Shown here piece by piece: positions 21,361-32,974 of a stretch of DNA of 64,000 nt. Below the pieces are notes generated by a model, which saw only the letters and a program-made list of their open reading frames with translations, had not been told where the DNA came from and ran no database searches. Origin of the DNA: Rubrobacterales bacterium (lineage in GTDB: Bacteria > Actinomycetota > Rubrobacteria > Rubrobacterales > Rubrobacteraceae); NCBI GenBank assembly GCA_038199875.1, contig JBBPYN010000076.1:7036-71035 (forward strand). The letters are read 5' to 3'. The stretch's first letter is position 1, and each line of letters opens with the position of its first letter. The translations under genes and the position numbers were made by a program.

Positions 21361-22134
21361 CTAGGCGTTCTCCTTGTTCTCTTTGCCGTTGGCCGAACCG
21401 TTCTCGGCGGCCTCGGCTTCAGCGGCCTTCTTCGCCCTCGCCTCTTCCTTGAGCCTCTTCTTCACTTCTGGCGGGACCCAGCCGACGTCGGTCTGGGAGG
21501 CCGGCGGCATGCCAGCGCGCTCGAAGACGTAGGTCCGCTTTAGCGGACGGATGCCTTCGAGCCTGGGGGCCTTGCCCTCGCTGATCTCGGTGTACTCCCG
21601 CTCGGGCAGGTACTCGTTGATGGTGCCGTCCTCGTCGACGAGCGCGGGACGCGGCCTCTCATAGCCGACCTGCTGGTCGCGTTCTATCTTCTTCTGGAGC
21701 GTCATGATCCCGAAGATGAGCGCCTCGGGACGCGGTGGGCATCCGGGCACGTACACGTCTACGGGTATAACCCTGTCGGCCCCCATAAGCACCGAGTACC
21801 CGTCAAGGAAGGGGCCGCCCGAGATCGCACACGCACCCATCGCTATGACCCATTTGGGCTCAGGCATCTGCTCGTAGAGGCGGGTCATCCGCTCTGCCAT
21901 CTTGGTAGAGACGGTGCCCGAGACGATCATGACATCAGCCTGCCTGGGCGAGGCCGCGAAGAAGCCGGCGCCGAAGCGGTCGAGGTCGTTGTGGGCCATG
22001 CCTGTGGACATCATCTCTATCGCGCAACAGGCAAGGCCGAACTGGAGCGGCCACAGCGAGTTCTTGCGGGCCCAGTTGAAGAGCTTGTCCGTGCTCGTTG
22101 TGATGATGTTAGGCTCGTTGAACTGCTGCATCAC
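21361..22134 (-). CDS. nuoB: Complex I subunit B with ~100-aa C-terminal extension
   Basis: [35 protein letters not shown]. Confidence 0.95.
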   Translation of the reverse strand: MMQQFNEPNIITTSTDKLFNWARKNSLWPLQFGLACCAIEMMSTGMAHNDLDRFGAGFFAASPRQADVMIVSGTVSTKMAERMTRLYEQMPEPKWVIAMGACAISGGPFLDGYSVLMGADRVIPVDVYVPGCPPRPEALIFGIMTLQKKIERDQQVGYERPRPALVDEDGTINEYLPEREYTEISEGKAPRLEGIRPLKRTYVFERAGMPPASQTDVGWVPPEVKKRLKEEARAKKAAEAEAAENGSANGKENKENA

Positions 22135-22481
22135 ACCCATTTAAGGGCCCCCTTCTTCCAGGCGTAGATCAAACCGACGGCCAGGATCGAGACGAAAATG
22201 ACCATCTCGACGAAACCGTAGACACCGAGGCTCTTGTAGATGACGGCCCAGGGATAGAGGAAGGCCGCCTCCACGTCGAAGACGAGGAAGAGCAGCGCGA
22301 AGACGTAATAGCGGACGGGGAAGGGACGCCAAGGGTCCGTGACCGTCATCTCGCCCGTCTCGTAGTTCTGCGCCTTGGTGCTCGACCTCCGACTGGGTGA
22401 GATAAGCCGCGCCAGAACCAGCGTGGTCGCCACGAAACCCGTGATCAGCAACATGAAGATCCCCACGTAGAGGTACACCAT
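22131..22481 (-). CDS. nuoA: Complex I subunit A
   Basis: [37 protein letters not shown]. Confidence 0.95.
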   Translation of the reverse strand: MVYLYVGIFMLLITGFVATTLVLARLISPSRRSSTKAQNYETGEMTVTDPWRPFPVRYYVFALLFLVFDVEAAFLYPWAVIYKSLGVYGFVEMVIFVSILAVGLIYAWKKGALKWV

Positions 22482-22717
22482 CCCGTAAGATGCTTCCTGT
22501 TGCAATAGACCTAGCGCCAAAACCAGCCTTTCTACCCAATAACCAACCGAAATATACCCTCGCAAGCAGCAACTTTCAAGAAGCTACTAGCAGTAGCAAG
22601 CTACTAACAACAGCACGCTCTGGCCTACGACGCCGTGCTGACAAGCCGTCCGCAGGGCGGTGTGCTTACATGTTAGACTGCTTTTCGGGTTCTACGGCAT
22701 TGACAAAGGGAGAGCGT

Positions 22718-22981
22718 GTGGCTTACGTGATAACGGAAGCTTGTATCGGGACGAAGAACACGGCCTGTGTCGGGGCCTGTCCTGTTGACTGCATCTACGA
22801 CGCCGGCGACCACTTCATAATCAACCCCGCGGAGTGCATCGACTGCTCCATGTGCATGCCGGAGTGTCCGGTTGAGGCCATCTACCCCGGTGACGAGGTC
22901 CCTGAGGACATGCAGTACTACGTGAGCCGGGCCGCCGAGTTCGACTACTCGAACACCGCGCCTGGCGTCGAAGTCAATTAG
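22718..22981 (+). CDS. 7Fe-type dicluster ferredoxin ([3Fe-4S]+[4Fe-4S], FdxA-like)
   Basis: C-x7-C-x3-CP (CIGTKNTACVGACP) and CIDCSMCMPECP; GGGAG RBS before the GTG at 22718. Confidence 0.9.
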   Translation: MAYVITEACIGTKNTACVGACPVDCIYDAGDHFIINPAECIDCSMCMPECPVEAIYPGDEVPEDMQYYVSRAAEFDYSNTAPGVEVN

Positions 22982-23008
22982 CCGGACGACTCTTTAGGGC
23001 GGGGGATC

Positions 23009-24169
23009 ATGGCCGATTTAAAGCAACGCAGCCTCGAAGAAGTCAAGGCCTTGAGCGTCGATGAGGCCGTGGAGATCATACGCCAGGCTGGTATCGTCGG
23101 CGCTGGGGGCGGTGGTTTCCCGACTTACTTCAAATACAAGTCCCCCCTGCCGCACCTGCTCGTGAACGCAACCGAAAGCGAACCAGGTTACTGGGGAGAC
23201 AAGCTCGTACACAAGGAGAACCTCGAGGAGTTCCTCCAGGTCTTCGATGCCCTGAAGGCGATCTTCGGCTTCGAGCAGATCTCCTTCTGCGTCCACGAGA
23301 AGGACAGGGAGTGGTTCGCCGGGTACGCCGAGCACTCGGGCGAGGGCGTCTTCGACGTTCGCTACGTGCCAAACACGTACGCCCTTGGCGAGGAGAAGAC
23401 CCTGGTCAAGCACGCGACCGAGACCAGGGTGCCCAGGTTCGTGGACAACCCGGACGGGAGTAGGCGCCCCGGGATGCCGCCTGACGTCGGCAAGGTCGTC
23501 AACAATACGGAGTCTCTGCTCAACGTCTACAACGCGCTCTTCCTCGGCAAGCCCCTCACCACCAAGTTCTTCACCGTGTACGGCGAGGAGGTTGACACGA
23601 AGGTCTTCGAAGTGCCGATCGGCGCCTCGGTGAGCGAGGTACTGGGGATCGCGGGCCTAAACGTGGAGAACTCAGGTCACCTCACGGTCCTTGACGGCGG
23701 GCCATACCTGCACGATGTGAGCATCGCGGAGCTTGGTACTGGAGACGCCTACGTGAGGCGGATGACCAACTCCTTGTTCGTGATCCCACATGGCAGGCAG
23801 GGTAAGGAGTACGCCGAGATCGAGACAGAGTGCCCGGAGGAAGGCATCGTCTCCCTGGTCGGCAAGATCTCGGGCGTAAATCTGCCCCTCGGCGGCGGTC
23901 TGCTGAAACCGGCCACGCCGCTCATCTCCGGGGGCGACGAGGTTGAGTACGAACAGAAGATAGGAGAGCCCGTCGACGATGGCTTCTCCGTCGGGGTCTG
24001 GGCGAGTATTGGGGGTGAGATCTCCTCCATGGAGAACGGCATCGTCGCCATCTCCGGTGGCGCGATAGCCAAGGAAGAGGCCGAGGCAGAAGCCGAGCCG
24101 TCCATGGCCGGCGGCTCGCAACCGCGGGGAGAGGCTGAGCCATTCAGCGAGGCCGGATCGAGTAAGTGA
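23009..24169 (+). CDS. RnfC/PduS/NuoF-like flavoprotein (FMN/NADH domain + SLBB + C-terminal barrel-sandwich) without Fe-S motif
   Basis: AGIVGAGGGGFPT, NATESEP, YALGEE, VNNTESL, VPIG (SLBB), GGP, C-terminal VGVWASIGGEI. Only two Cys. Confidence 0.75.
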   Translation: MADLKQRSLEEVKALSVDEAVEIIRQAGIVGAGGGGFPTYFKYKSPLPHLLVNATESEPGYWGDKLVHKENLEEFLQVFDALKAIFGFEQISFCVHEKDREWFAGYAEHSGEGVFDVRYVPNTYALGEEKTLVKHATETRVPRFVDNPDGSRRPGMPPDVGKVVNNTESLLNVYNALFLGKPLTTKFFTVYGEEVDTKVFEVPIGASVSEVLGIAGLNVENSGHLTVLDGGPYLHDVSIAELGTGDAYVRRMTNSLFVIPHGRQGKEYAEIETECPEEGIVSLVGKISGVNLPLGGGLLKPATPLISGGDEVEYEQKIGEPVDDGFSVGVWASIGGEISSMENGIVAISGGAIAKEEAEAEAEPSMAGGSQPRGEAEPFSEAGSSK

Positions 24170-24190
24170 GGCACTGAGGCCATCTTCTTC

Positions 24191-24216
24191 GTCATTCCCG
24201 CGAAAGCGGGAATCCA
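24191..24216. repeat. dRS3-like palindrome ATTCCC-N8-GGGAAT
   Basis: GTCATTCCCGCGAAAGCGGGAATCCA between convergent genes. Confidence 0.7.
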
Positions 24217-24268
24217 CGGGGAGGAGAAGGTGCATGGCAGGTAACGGGGTCCGTCTTGCTGCCAGCGT

Positions 24269-25114
24269 TTATCCCTGGCTGGTATCAGTACACTTGCTGA
24301 AGAACTCGAAGAGGATTCTGGCGACTTCGTTTGGGTTGTCTTCCATGGCGAAGTGGCCTGTCTCGGGGAGCAGGACGAGATCGGAGCCGGGGATGAGTTC
24401 GCGCAGGCGTTCGGCGATGGTTGGCGAGAGCCAGGCGTCTTGCTCGCCCCAGAGGATGCGTACGGGGATGGCGATCGAAGGTAGCAGGGGCTCGAGCTCG
24501 GCGGTGTCGCCTTCGTCGAGCTGGGCGTCTTTCTGGAGGTAGAGTCTCTGGCCGAGCTCCCCCTTCCACTGATCATGGTAGGCCGCGAATGTAGCGTCGT
24601 CGACTGGGTGGTACGTCGCCGTGCGCAGGTGCGCGGCTATGATGGCCTCGAAGATTTCGGTTGGCATGGTTTCGTAGGTATTGAGGTGCGCTTTGACGTG
24701 GTTGGTGGGGGGAGTAATCCAGGGCCGTAGGGTGACGCTGTCTATCAGGGCGATGCATCCGAAAGGGACGCCTTCGAGCAGGTGGGCGCGTAGCGTTATG
24801 GCGCCCCCGATATCGTGGCCGGCTACCGAGGGCGCTTCGAGACCGAGGGTCTCTACGAGTTCGGCTAGCAGTCGCGCCTGCGCCGGGATGGAGACGTCCT
24901 GGCCGTCCATCCGACTGGACTGGCCGAAGCCGAGCAGGTCGAAGGTGTAGACGCTGAACCTGTCGGCGAGTCGTATGGCGATGTTGCGCCAGAGGTACGA
25001 GCTGGTCGGGGTGCCGTGTACGAGGATCAGCGGTGGTCCGAAGCCGAGCACGTCATAGGCGACCTGGCCTGCCGAGAGGGTGACGCGCCTCCTCAGGTTC
25101 CATTCTTGCGACAT
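24269..25114 (-). CDS. Alpha/beta hydrolase, Asp-nucleophile (epoxide hydrolase/dehalogenase-like) type
   Basis: LVHGTPTSSYLW, FDLLGFGQS, AGHDIGG, WGEQDAWL, GHFAMED. Confidence 0.85.
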   Translation of the reverse strand: MSQEWNLRRRVTLSAGQVAYDVLGFGPPLILVHGTPTSSYLWRNIAIRLADRFSVYTFDLLGFGQSSRMDGQDVSIPAQARLLAELVETLGLEAPSVAGHDIGGAITLRAHLLEGVPFGCIALIDSVTLRPWITPPTNHVKAHLNTYETMPTEIFEAIIAAHLRTATYHPVDDATFAAYHDQWKGELGQRLYLQKDAQLDEGDTAELEPLLPSIAIPVRILWGEQDAWLSPTIAERLRELIPGSDLVLLPETGHFAMEDNPNEVARILFEFFSKCTDTSQG

Positions 25115-26229
25115 CAGAGTATCTTACCGTTACGGCCGACAATCTGGACGAACTGTACGATCATCTGCCTGTAGGTTTCGAGGGATGACGACACGAGGTA
25201 CTCGTTTGGTCCGTGATGTCCCCCGCCGACCGGACCGAACTCGACGCCTGGTACTCCCGCGCGCTGGAAGTAGACGACGTCGCTGGCGCCATGGCGGCCC
25301 ACGCCCACGGGGTTACCGCGGAAGTGGCGCGCCGAGACCTCGCGGAGGGCTTTCACGTAAGGGTTGCGTCGTGAGACGTAGGTCGGTTCGCGGTAGAAGA
25401 TGACATCGACGTCGGCCGGCAGGTCTACGGACCGGATCTGGCGTACGATCTCCTCGGGCTCCTGGTTCGGAAGGTAGCGGATGTCGAGGTCGTAGGTGCA
25501 GCGGTCGGGAACGCGGTTAAGGACGTCACCCCCGATGATGCGGGCGAGGTTGACGCTCGGGTAAGGGAACAGCTCGCTACGCTGTTTGGCGAAAGGCAGG
25601 TCGGCGACCCTACGGTAGTGCTCGTACGCCAGGAGCGCGGCGTTCTTGCCGAGCCAGGGCTGGGCGCCGTGGGCGCTCTTACCGTGCATCGTCACGCGGA
25701 CGTCGAGCACACCCTTAGCCTGCGTACCGATATGGAAGTCGGTCGGCTCGCCCGTGATCAAGAAGTCCCCCACGTGGCCGTTGCCGATCAAGACCTCGGC
25801 GCCCGTCTTTGCGCCGTGATCGCCTTCTTCGTCGGGGACGACGAGGAGCTCGACCGTGGCATCACACCCCATGTCCTGCAGGTCTTCGACGGCGTACATC
25901 ATCGCGGCGAGGGCGCCCTTCATGTCGTAGACGCCGCGGCCGTAGAGCTCCTCCTCCTCCTCACGCGGCTCGAACTGCGACTCCTCGCCTGGCACCACAT
26001 CGACGTGGCCGTGCAGGAGTATTCTAGGGTCACCCTCCCCCACCCGCACCACGAGCGAGATGAGGTCAGCGCGGGGTCCCGCGCCCGAATAGCGCGCCGT
26101 CTGGAGCCCGCGCGCCCCGAACCAGCCGTTGATAAAGTCGATCGCTGACTGGGCCGCGCCTGGCGTATAAGACCTGTAGCGCACGAGCTGCTGCGTGAGC
26201 GCGAAGACCTCGGTATTCTCAGCTATCAC
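25114..26229 (-). CDS. M20 family metallopeptidase (ArgE/DapE-like)
   Basis: LHGHVD, GRGVYDMKG, PDEE, TGEP, HGPNE. Confidence 0.88.
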   Translation of the reverse strand: MIAENTEVFALTQQLVRYRSYTPGAAQSAIDFINGWFGARGLQTARYSGAGPRADLISLVVRVGEGDPRILLHGHVDVVPGEESQFEPREEEEELYGRGVYDMKGALAAMMYAVEDLQDMGCDATVELLVVPDEEGDHGAKTGAEVLIGNGHVGDFLITGEPTDFHIGTQAKGVLDVRVTMHGKSAHGAQPWLGKNAALLAYEHYRRVADLPFAKQRSELFPYPSVNLARIIGGDVLNRVPDRCTYDLDIRYLPNQEPEEIVRQIRSVDLPADVDVIFYREPTYVSRRNPYVKALREVSARHFRGNPVGVGRHGASDVVYFQRAGVPGVEFGPVGGGHHGPNEYLVSSSLETYRQMIVQFVQIVGRNGKIL

Positions 26230-26333
26230 CGCCAGAAGATTCTCCGCTTGTCGGACGCCAACCAGGGCAGTCTATATTTCAGCGCGCCGCCCTGCAGGCG
26301 GTGTGCTAGAAAGCTGAGGCTGCAAGGCCGATT

Positions 26334-27623
26334 CTAGTGGCGAACCGGGGCCTCTGCTTCGAAGGCGACTGTCGCGCCGAGGGCGGTGAGCTTCTCCTCG
26401 AAGTCCTCGTAACCGCGCAGGATGTGCTGCGCGCCGTCCACAACGGTCGTGCCCTCGGAGACGAGGCCGGCCATGACGAGGGCTGCGCCCCCGCGAAGGT
26501 CGGGGGATTGGACGATGGAGCTGGAGAGGCGGCGCGGGCCGCGGACGAGCGCCCTGTGGCCGCCGAAGAGGTCTATTGCGGCATCGAGGCGGTTCAACTC
26601 CTCGGCTACCTGGAGCCTGTTCTCGTAGACGTTCTCCGTAATGATGCCTGCACCGGAGGCCTGGGTGAGCAAGACCATCATCTGGGCCTGCAGATCGGTC
26701 GCGAAGCCGGGGAAAGGCAGGGTCGCGACGTCTACCCCTGAGAGTGAGGCCGGGTCATCGACCCGTACCCTGATGCCAGGGGAGCCTGGGGCGACGCTCA
26801 CGTCCACACCCATCTCCCTTAGCTTGTCTAGCTCCATCTTCAGGTGCTCGGGGAGGGCGTTGGTGACCGTCACGTCCCCGCCGGCCGCCGCCGTTGCCAT
26901 CAGGAAGGTACCGGCTTCGATGCGGTCGGGCATCACCGTCCACTCCGTGGGGTGAAGTACCTTGACGCCTTCGATCACTATTCGGCCAGTGCCAGCTCCC
27001 ATGACCTGCGCGCCCATCGAATTCAGGAAGCCGGCGAGGGCGGAGATCTCCGGTTCGCGGGCGCCGTTCTCGATGATGGTGACCCCATCAGCGAGCACGG
27101 CCGCCATCATGACGTTCTCGGTCGCGCCGACGCTGGGATACTCGAAGTTGACCTCGGCGGAGCGCAACCCGCCTGGCGCGCTCGCCTTTATGAAGCCGTG
27201 GTCGAGCTCGACGTCGGCTCCCAGAGCCCGCAGGCCGTCGACGTGGAAGTTGAACTTCCTCAAGCCAAGGTTGCACCCGCCCGGCGCCGAGACCTCGGCC
27301 TCGCCGAAGCGCGCCACGAGCGGGCCGAGGACGACGAGGCTGGCCCGCATCTGGCGCACCAACTCGTAGGGGGCCGTGTAAGAGTCGACGGTGGAGGCAT
27401 CAATCTCGAGCGTGCTACCCGAGAAGCTCGTCCCGACCCCGAGCTCGTCGAGGAGGGCTAGCATCGTGTGGATGTCTTTGATGCGGGGGACGTGGTGGAG
27501 TACGGTCTTCCCGGGCGCGAGTAGCGCGGCTGCGACGAACTTCAGGGCGGCGTTCTTCGCCCCCGAGACCTCGACCTCACCTTGAAGACGTTTACCACCC
27601 TCGACGTAGAATCTCTCAGACAC
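26334..27623 (-). CDS. murA: UDP-N-acetylglucosamine 1-carboxyvinyltransferase
   Basis: GAKNAAL, MRAS...GP, PGGCNLG (catalytic Cys), PSVGATEN, DLRGGAALV. Confidence 0.96.
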   Translation of the reverse strand: MSERFYVEGGKRLQGEVEVSGAKNAALKFVAAALLAPGKTVLHHVPRIKDIHTMLALLDELGVGTSFSGSTLEIDASTVDSYTAPYELVRQMRASLVVLGPLVARFGEAEVSAPGGCNLGLRKFNFHVDGLRALGADVELDHGFIKASAPGGLRSAEVNFEYPSVGATENVMMAAVLADGVTIIENGAREPEISALAGFLNSMGAQVMGAGTGRIVIEGVKVLHPTEWTVMPDRIEAGTFLMATAAAGGDVTVTNALPEHLKMELDKLREMGVDVSVAPGSPGIRVRVDDPASLSGVDVATLPFPGFATDLQAQMMVLLTQASGAGIITENVYENRLQVAEELNRLDAAIDLFGGHRALVRGPRRLSSSIVQSPDLRGGAALVMAGLVSEGTTVVDGAQHILRGYEDFEEKLTALGATVAFEAEAPVRH

Positions 27624-27780
27624 GGATCCTCCCCGGCATGCCTTTGCTTCCCGGTCCGTTCGTTCGGACTCGTAATACTACTATGCCCACGAAAGGTTAC
27701 GCCACGGCAACAGCAGCATAACGTCTGCGTTACGACCTGCGGTACCGCTCCCCCTGAGTGGGTTGCAGAGCTCTTCGGTG

Positions 27781-28232
27781 CTAGCTCTCGCTGTACTTGC
27801 GCGCCGCACGCACCAGGTTCTCCCCCATACGCTGGCGGCGCTCTATCTCGGCGACCACTCTATCACGATCCTCGGCCTCTTCCGAGACCTCGGAAAGTTC
27901 CCGCTCCGCCTCTTCGACGCGGTTCTCGGCCGCGTCGACGTCGATGTCCTCGACGGAGACGGCCTCCTCCACGAGCACCTGCACCAGGTTCTCTGAGACC
28001 TTGAAGAAGCCGTCTGAGGTCGCGTAGACGAGCTGCTCGTCGCCCTCCCTGATGCGGACCTCCCCGACCTCGACCGTGGAGACCAGCGGAGAGTGGTCCA
28101 CGAGCACCCCGAGGTCCCCGTCAGCGATGCGTGCGACCACCAGGTCAGCCTCGCCGTCGTAGATGACCTCCTCGGGCGTTATGACCCGGCAGAATAGCTG
28201 CCGCCCTTCCCGCTGGTCACGCTCTTCAGCCA

Positions 28233-28233
<1 letters not shown>
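27781..28233 (-). CDS. atpC: ATP synthase epsilon subunit
   Basis: VITPE...GDLGVLVDHSPLVS...GFFKV; last gene of the atp operon. Confidence 0.92.
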
Positions 28234-29966
<1,733 letters not shown>

Positions 29967-30830
29967 CTAGCCTGCGGAGAGGGCCTCCGCGCCGCTGACG
30001 ATCTCGAGTATCTCCTGTGTGATCTGGGCCTGCCGCGCCTTGTTCATCTGCAGGGTAAGGTCGCTCACCAGATCGTTCGCGTTGTCCGTTGCGTTCTTCA
30101 TAGCCGTCATGCGGGCGCCGTGCTCGCCCGCAGCGCCTTCGAGAAGGGCCTGCCACACCATCGTCTCAACGTAGCGGGGTACCAGCCTCTTGAGTACCGT
30201 CTCGGCGTCGGGGACGTACTCCATGTACGAGGCGCCGCCGTCCTCGTCTTCCTCGTCCCCCTCCTCGGCCACGGGCAGGAGGCGCTTGACGACAGGCCTC
30301 TGGTTCAGGGCGCTCTCGAAGCGATTGTAGACCAGGTAGACCTCGTCGGCCTCCTCGTCCTCGAACAGATTGGTGAGGGTGCGTCCGATCTCGCGCGCCT
30401 TATCGTAGGTCGGGTTGTCCGTGAAACCCGTAAAGACCTCAGCGAGCTCCACCCGCCTGAACCGGAAGAAGGCGACGGCCTTGCGCCCGCTCGCGACCTG
30501 CAACGCGTCCTGGTCCTTCTCGTTCCTGAGACGGACGGTCCGCCGGAGCACCTGCGCGTTGAACCCGCCGGCGAGGCCGCGGTCCGCCGTAAGGGTGCAG
30601 ACCGCGACGCGCTGAACCTCGCGGCCGGTAAGAAGCGGAAGGTCCCCCCAGGCGCTTGCCGCCACGTCGCGCATCATCTGCTCGACGTTTTCGGCGTAGG
30701 GCCGCGCCTTTTTGACCCTGGCCTCCGCCTTGCGAAACTTCACCGAGGAGACCGTCTGCAGGGCCGAGAACACCCTTGCCTGGTTCTTTACGGTATTTAT
30801 TTGGCGCTGAAGGTCCCTGGCGGTGGCCAA
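29967..30830 (-). CDS. atpG: ATP synthase gamma subunit
   Basis: DRGLAGGFN, ARMTAMKNATDNA, NKARQAQITQEILEIVSGAEAL. Confidence 0.96.
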   Translation of the reverse strand: MATARDLQRQINTVKNQARVFSALQTVSSVKFRKAEARVKKARPYAENVEQMMRDVAASAWGDLPLLTGREVQRVAVCTLTADRGLAGGFNAQVLRRTVRLRNEKDQDALQVASGRKAVAFFRFRRVELAEVFTGFTDNPTYDKAREIGRTLTNLFEDEEADEVYLVYNRFESALNQRPVVKRLLPVAEEGDEEDEDGGASYMEYVPDAETVLKRLVPRYVETMVWQALLEGAAGEHGARMTAMKNATDNANDLVSDLTLQMNKARQAQITQEILEIVSGAEALSAG

Positions 30831-30833
30831 GCC

Positions 30834-32435
30834 CTAGCTCCCCTCTTCCTCGCCGTTTTCTTGCTCGGAGCCGTCCTCTTCCTCCGGGGATACGCCTGCG
30901 AGGCTCGTCTGCTCGGGCTCGAAGTTGGAGTTGAAGTTCTCCGCGGCCTCCTTGAGCTTCTCCTCGTTCTCGTCGGAGAGCTGCTGTTCGGAGCGGATCG
31001 TATCGAGCAGGTCGCCGTGGGTGTCGCGCATAAAGTCGCGGAACTGCCGCTCCCAGTCAGGGACGGCGCCGGTGTCTACGTCGTCCAGGTAGCCGTTAGA
31101 CGCGGCGTAGAGGACCACGACCTGCTCCTCGACCGGCATGGGGTCGCGCTCGTCCTGCTTCAGGATCGCCGTCAGGCGTTCGCCACGGTTCAGCGTCTGC
31201 TGCGTCGCCTTGTCCAGGTCGCTCCCGAACTGGGCGAAGCTCGCGAGCTCGCGGTACTGGTTCAGGTCCAGACGCAAGGTGCCTGCGACATCCTTCATGG
31301 CTTTGATCTGGGCCGAGGAGCCCACGCGGCTCACGGAGTTGCCCGTGTCGATGGCGGGGCGCTGGCCCGAGTTGAAGAGGTCGGAGTCAAGGAAGATCTG
31401 GCCGTCCGTGATGGAGATGACGTTGGTCGGGATGTAAGCCGAGATGTCGCCGGCCTTGGTCTCGATGACAGGCAACGCCGTGAGAGACCCGCCCCCTGCA
31501 TCTTCCGAGAGCTTGGCCGCACGCTCCAGAAGGCGGGAGTGCAAATAGAAGACGTCGCCAGGATACGCCTCGCGGCCCGGCGGGCGCCGGAGTAGAAGCA
31601 TCATCTGACGGTAGGCGACGGCGTGCTTGGAGAGGTCGTCGTAGATCAGGAGCGAGTCCTCGCCACGGTTCATGAAGAACTCGCCGATGGCGCAACCAGC
31701 GTAAGGAGCCAGGTACTGCAGCGTCGCTGACTGGGCCGCAGAGGCGTTCACGACGGTGGTGAACTCCAGGGCGCCGGTCTCCTCGAGGGCGGAGACGACG
31801 CCTGCTACCGTCGAGTCCTTCTGACCGATAGCGACGTAGACGCACTTCACGTCCTGGTCGGCCTGGTTGATGATGGTGTCGAGTAGGATCGAGGTCTTGC
31901 CCGTCTTCCTGTCTCCGATGACCAGTTCTCGCTGTCCGCGTCCGATCGGGATCATGGCGTCTATGGCCTTGATGCCGGTCTGGAGCGGCTGCTTGACCGG
32001 CTGGCGCCTGATGATGCCTGGCGCCACGATCTCTACGGGAAGCGTCTGCTCCGCCTCGATCTCACCCTTACCGTCGATCGGCCGCCCGAGGGCGTCGATG
32101 ACGCGGCCGAGCACCCCCTCGCCGACGGGAACGCTCGCGAGGCGTTCGGTGCGCGTTACCGTGTTTCCTTCCTGGATGTGGGTATCGTCGCCGGCGACGA
32201 TGACGCCGACGTTGTCCTCCTCCAGGTTCAGCGCGAGCCCCGTGATCTTCTCTCCCCTGGAGTCCTCGAACTCAAGCATCTCCTGGTACATCGCGTTGGT
32301 AAGGCCGTGGACGCGCGCGATGCCGTCCCCGACCTCGAGTACCTGCCCGACCTCCTCGGTCCTGACGCGGTTCTCGTAATCCGTAATAGCGCCTTTTAGA
32401 ATGGAGGAGATCTCCTCCGGCCTGAGCCTGCCCAC
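30834..32435 (-). CDS. atpA: ATP synthase alpha subunit
   Basis: [46 protein letters not shown]. Confidence 0.97.
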   Translation of the reverse strand: MGRLRPEEISSILKGAITDYENRVRTEEVGQVLEVGDGIARVHGLTNAMYQEMLEFEDSRGEKITGLALNLEEDNVGVIVAGDDTHIQEGNTVTRTERLASVPVGEGVLGRVIDALGRPIDGKGEIEAEQTLPVEIVAPGIIRRQPVKQPLQTGIKAIDAMIPIGRGQRELVIGDRKTGKTSILLDTIINQADQDVKCVYVAIGQKDSTVAGVVSALEETGALEFTTVVNASAAQSATLQYLAPYAGCAIGEFFMNRGEDSLLIYDDLSKHAVAYRQMMLLLRRPPGREAYPGDVFYLHSRLLERAAKLSEDAGGGSLTALPVIETKAGDISAYIPTNVISITDGQIFLDSDLFNSGQRPAIDTGNSVSRVGSSAQIKAMKDVAGTLRLDLNQYRELASFAQFGSDLDKATQQTLNRGERLTAILKQDERDPMPVEEQVVVLYAASNGYLDDVDTGAVPDWERQFRDFMRDTHGDLLDTIRSEQQLSDENEEKLKEAAENFNSNFEPEQTSLAGVSPEEEDGSEQENGEEEGS

Positions 32436-32974
32436 TAAACAACACTCCTCTCGAGCATTCCCTCCCGGAGGCTCTCGAGCCGCCCCCGGATACTGCCGTC
32501 CATCAACCGTCCTCCGAACCGGAAGACTGCGCCCCCGACGAGGTCAGGGGCCACGTTCGCCTCCAAAATAATCTCCCGGCCTTCGAGCACGCTTCCGAGC
32601 CGATCCTTGAGCCTGTCGAGTTGTTCGTCCGAAAGCTCGACGGCGGTCGTGACCTCGACCTCAATCCTGCCGAGATGCTCCTTGACGAGCTCCTCGTAGC
32701 GGGCGAGCACCTCTTCCAGGATCTCCTCGCGCCCGTTGTCCACGAGCACCTTGAGGAAGTTGGTCGTAGAGGTCTTCATGCCTTCCGTCAGGCCGTCCAG
32801 GGCCCTGCGCTTCTGGCGTTCGGGGACCTGGCCACCGTAGAAGAAGAGCCTCAGCTCCTCGCTCTCGTGCAGGGCAGAGGCGAACCCCCCGAGGTCGGAG
32901 AGGACCTCCTCGAGCTCGTCCCGCTCGCGGGCCGCCTCGAAGAGAGCTTCTGCGTACGTAGAGACCGCGCTCAA
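32435..32974 (-). CDS. atpH: ATP synthase delta subunit
   Basis: [22 protein letters not shown]...MDGS motifs; operon position. Confidence 0.93.
   Translation of the reverse strand: MSAVSTYAEALFEAARERDELEEVLSDLGGFASALHESEELRLFFYGGQVPERQKRRALDGLTEGMKTSTTNFLKVLVDNGREEILEEVLARYEELVKEHLGRIEVEVTTAVELSDEQLDRLKDRLGSVLEGREIILEANVAPDLVGGAVFRFGGRLMDGSIRGRLESLREGMLERSVV

Noticed and set aside
19677-22134. Group 4 [NiFe]-hydrogenase (Ech/Hyf-like) instead of complex I
   Set aside because: The NuoD-like subunit lacks both CxxC Ni-binding motifs and keeps the quinone-site GPQHP/HG and LDY residues.
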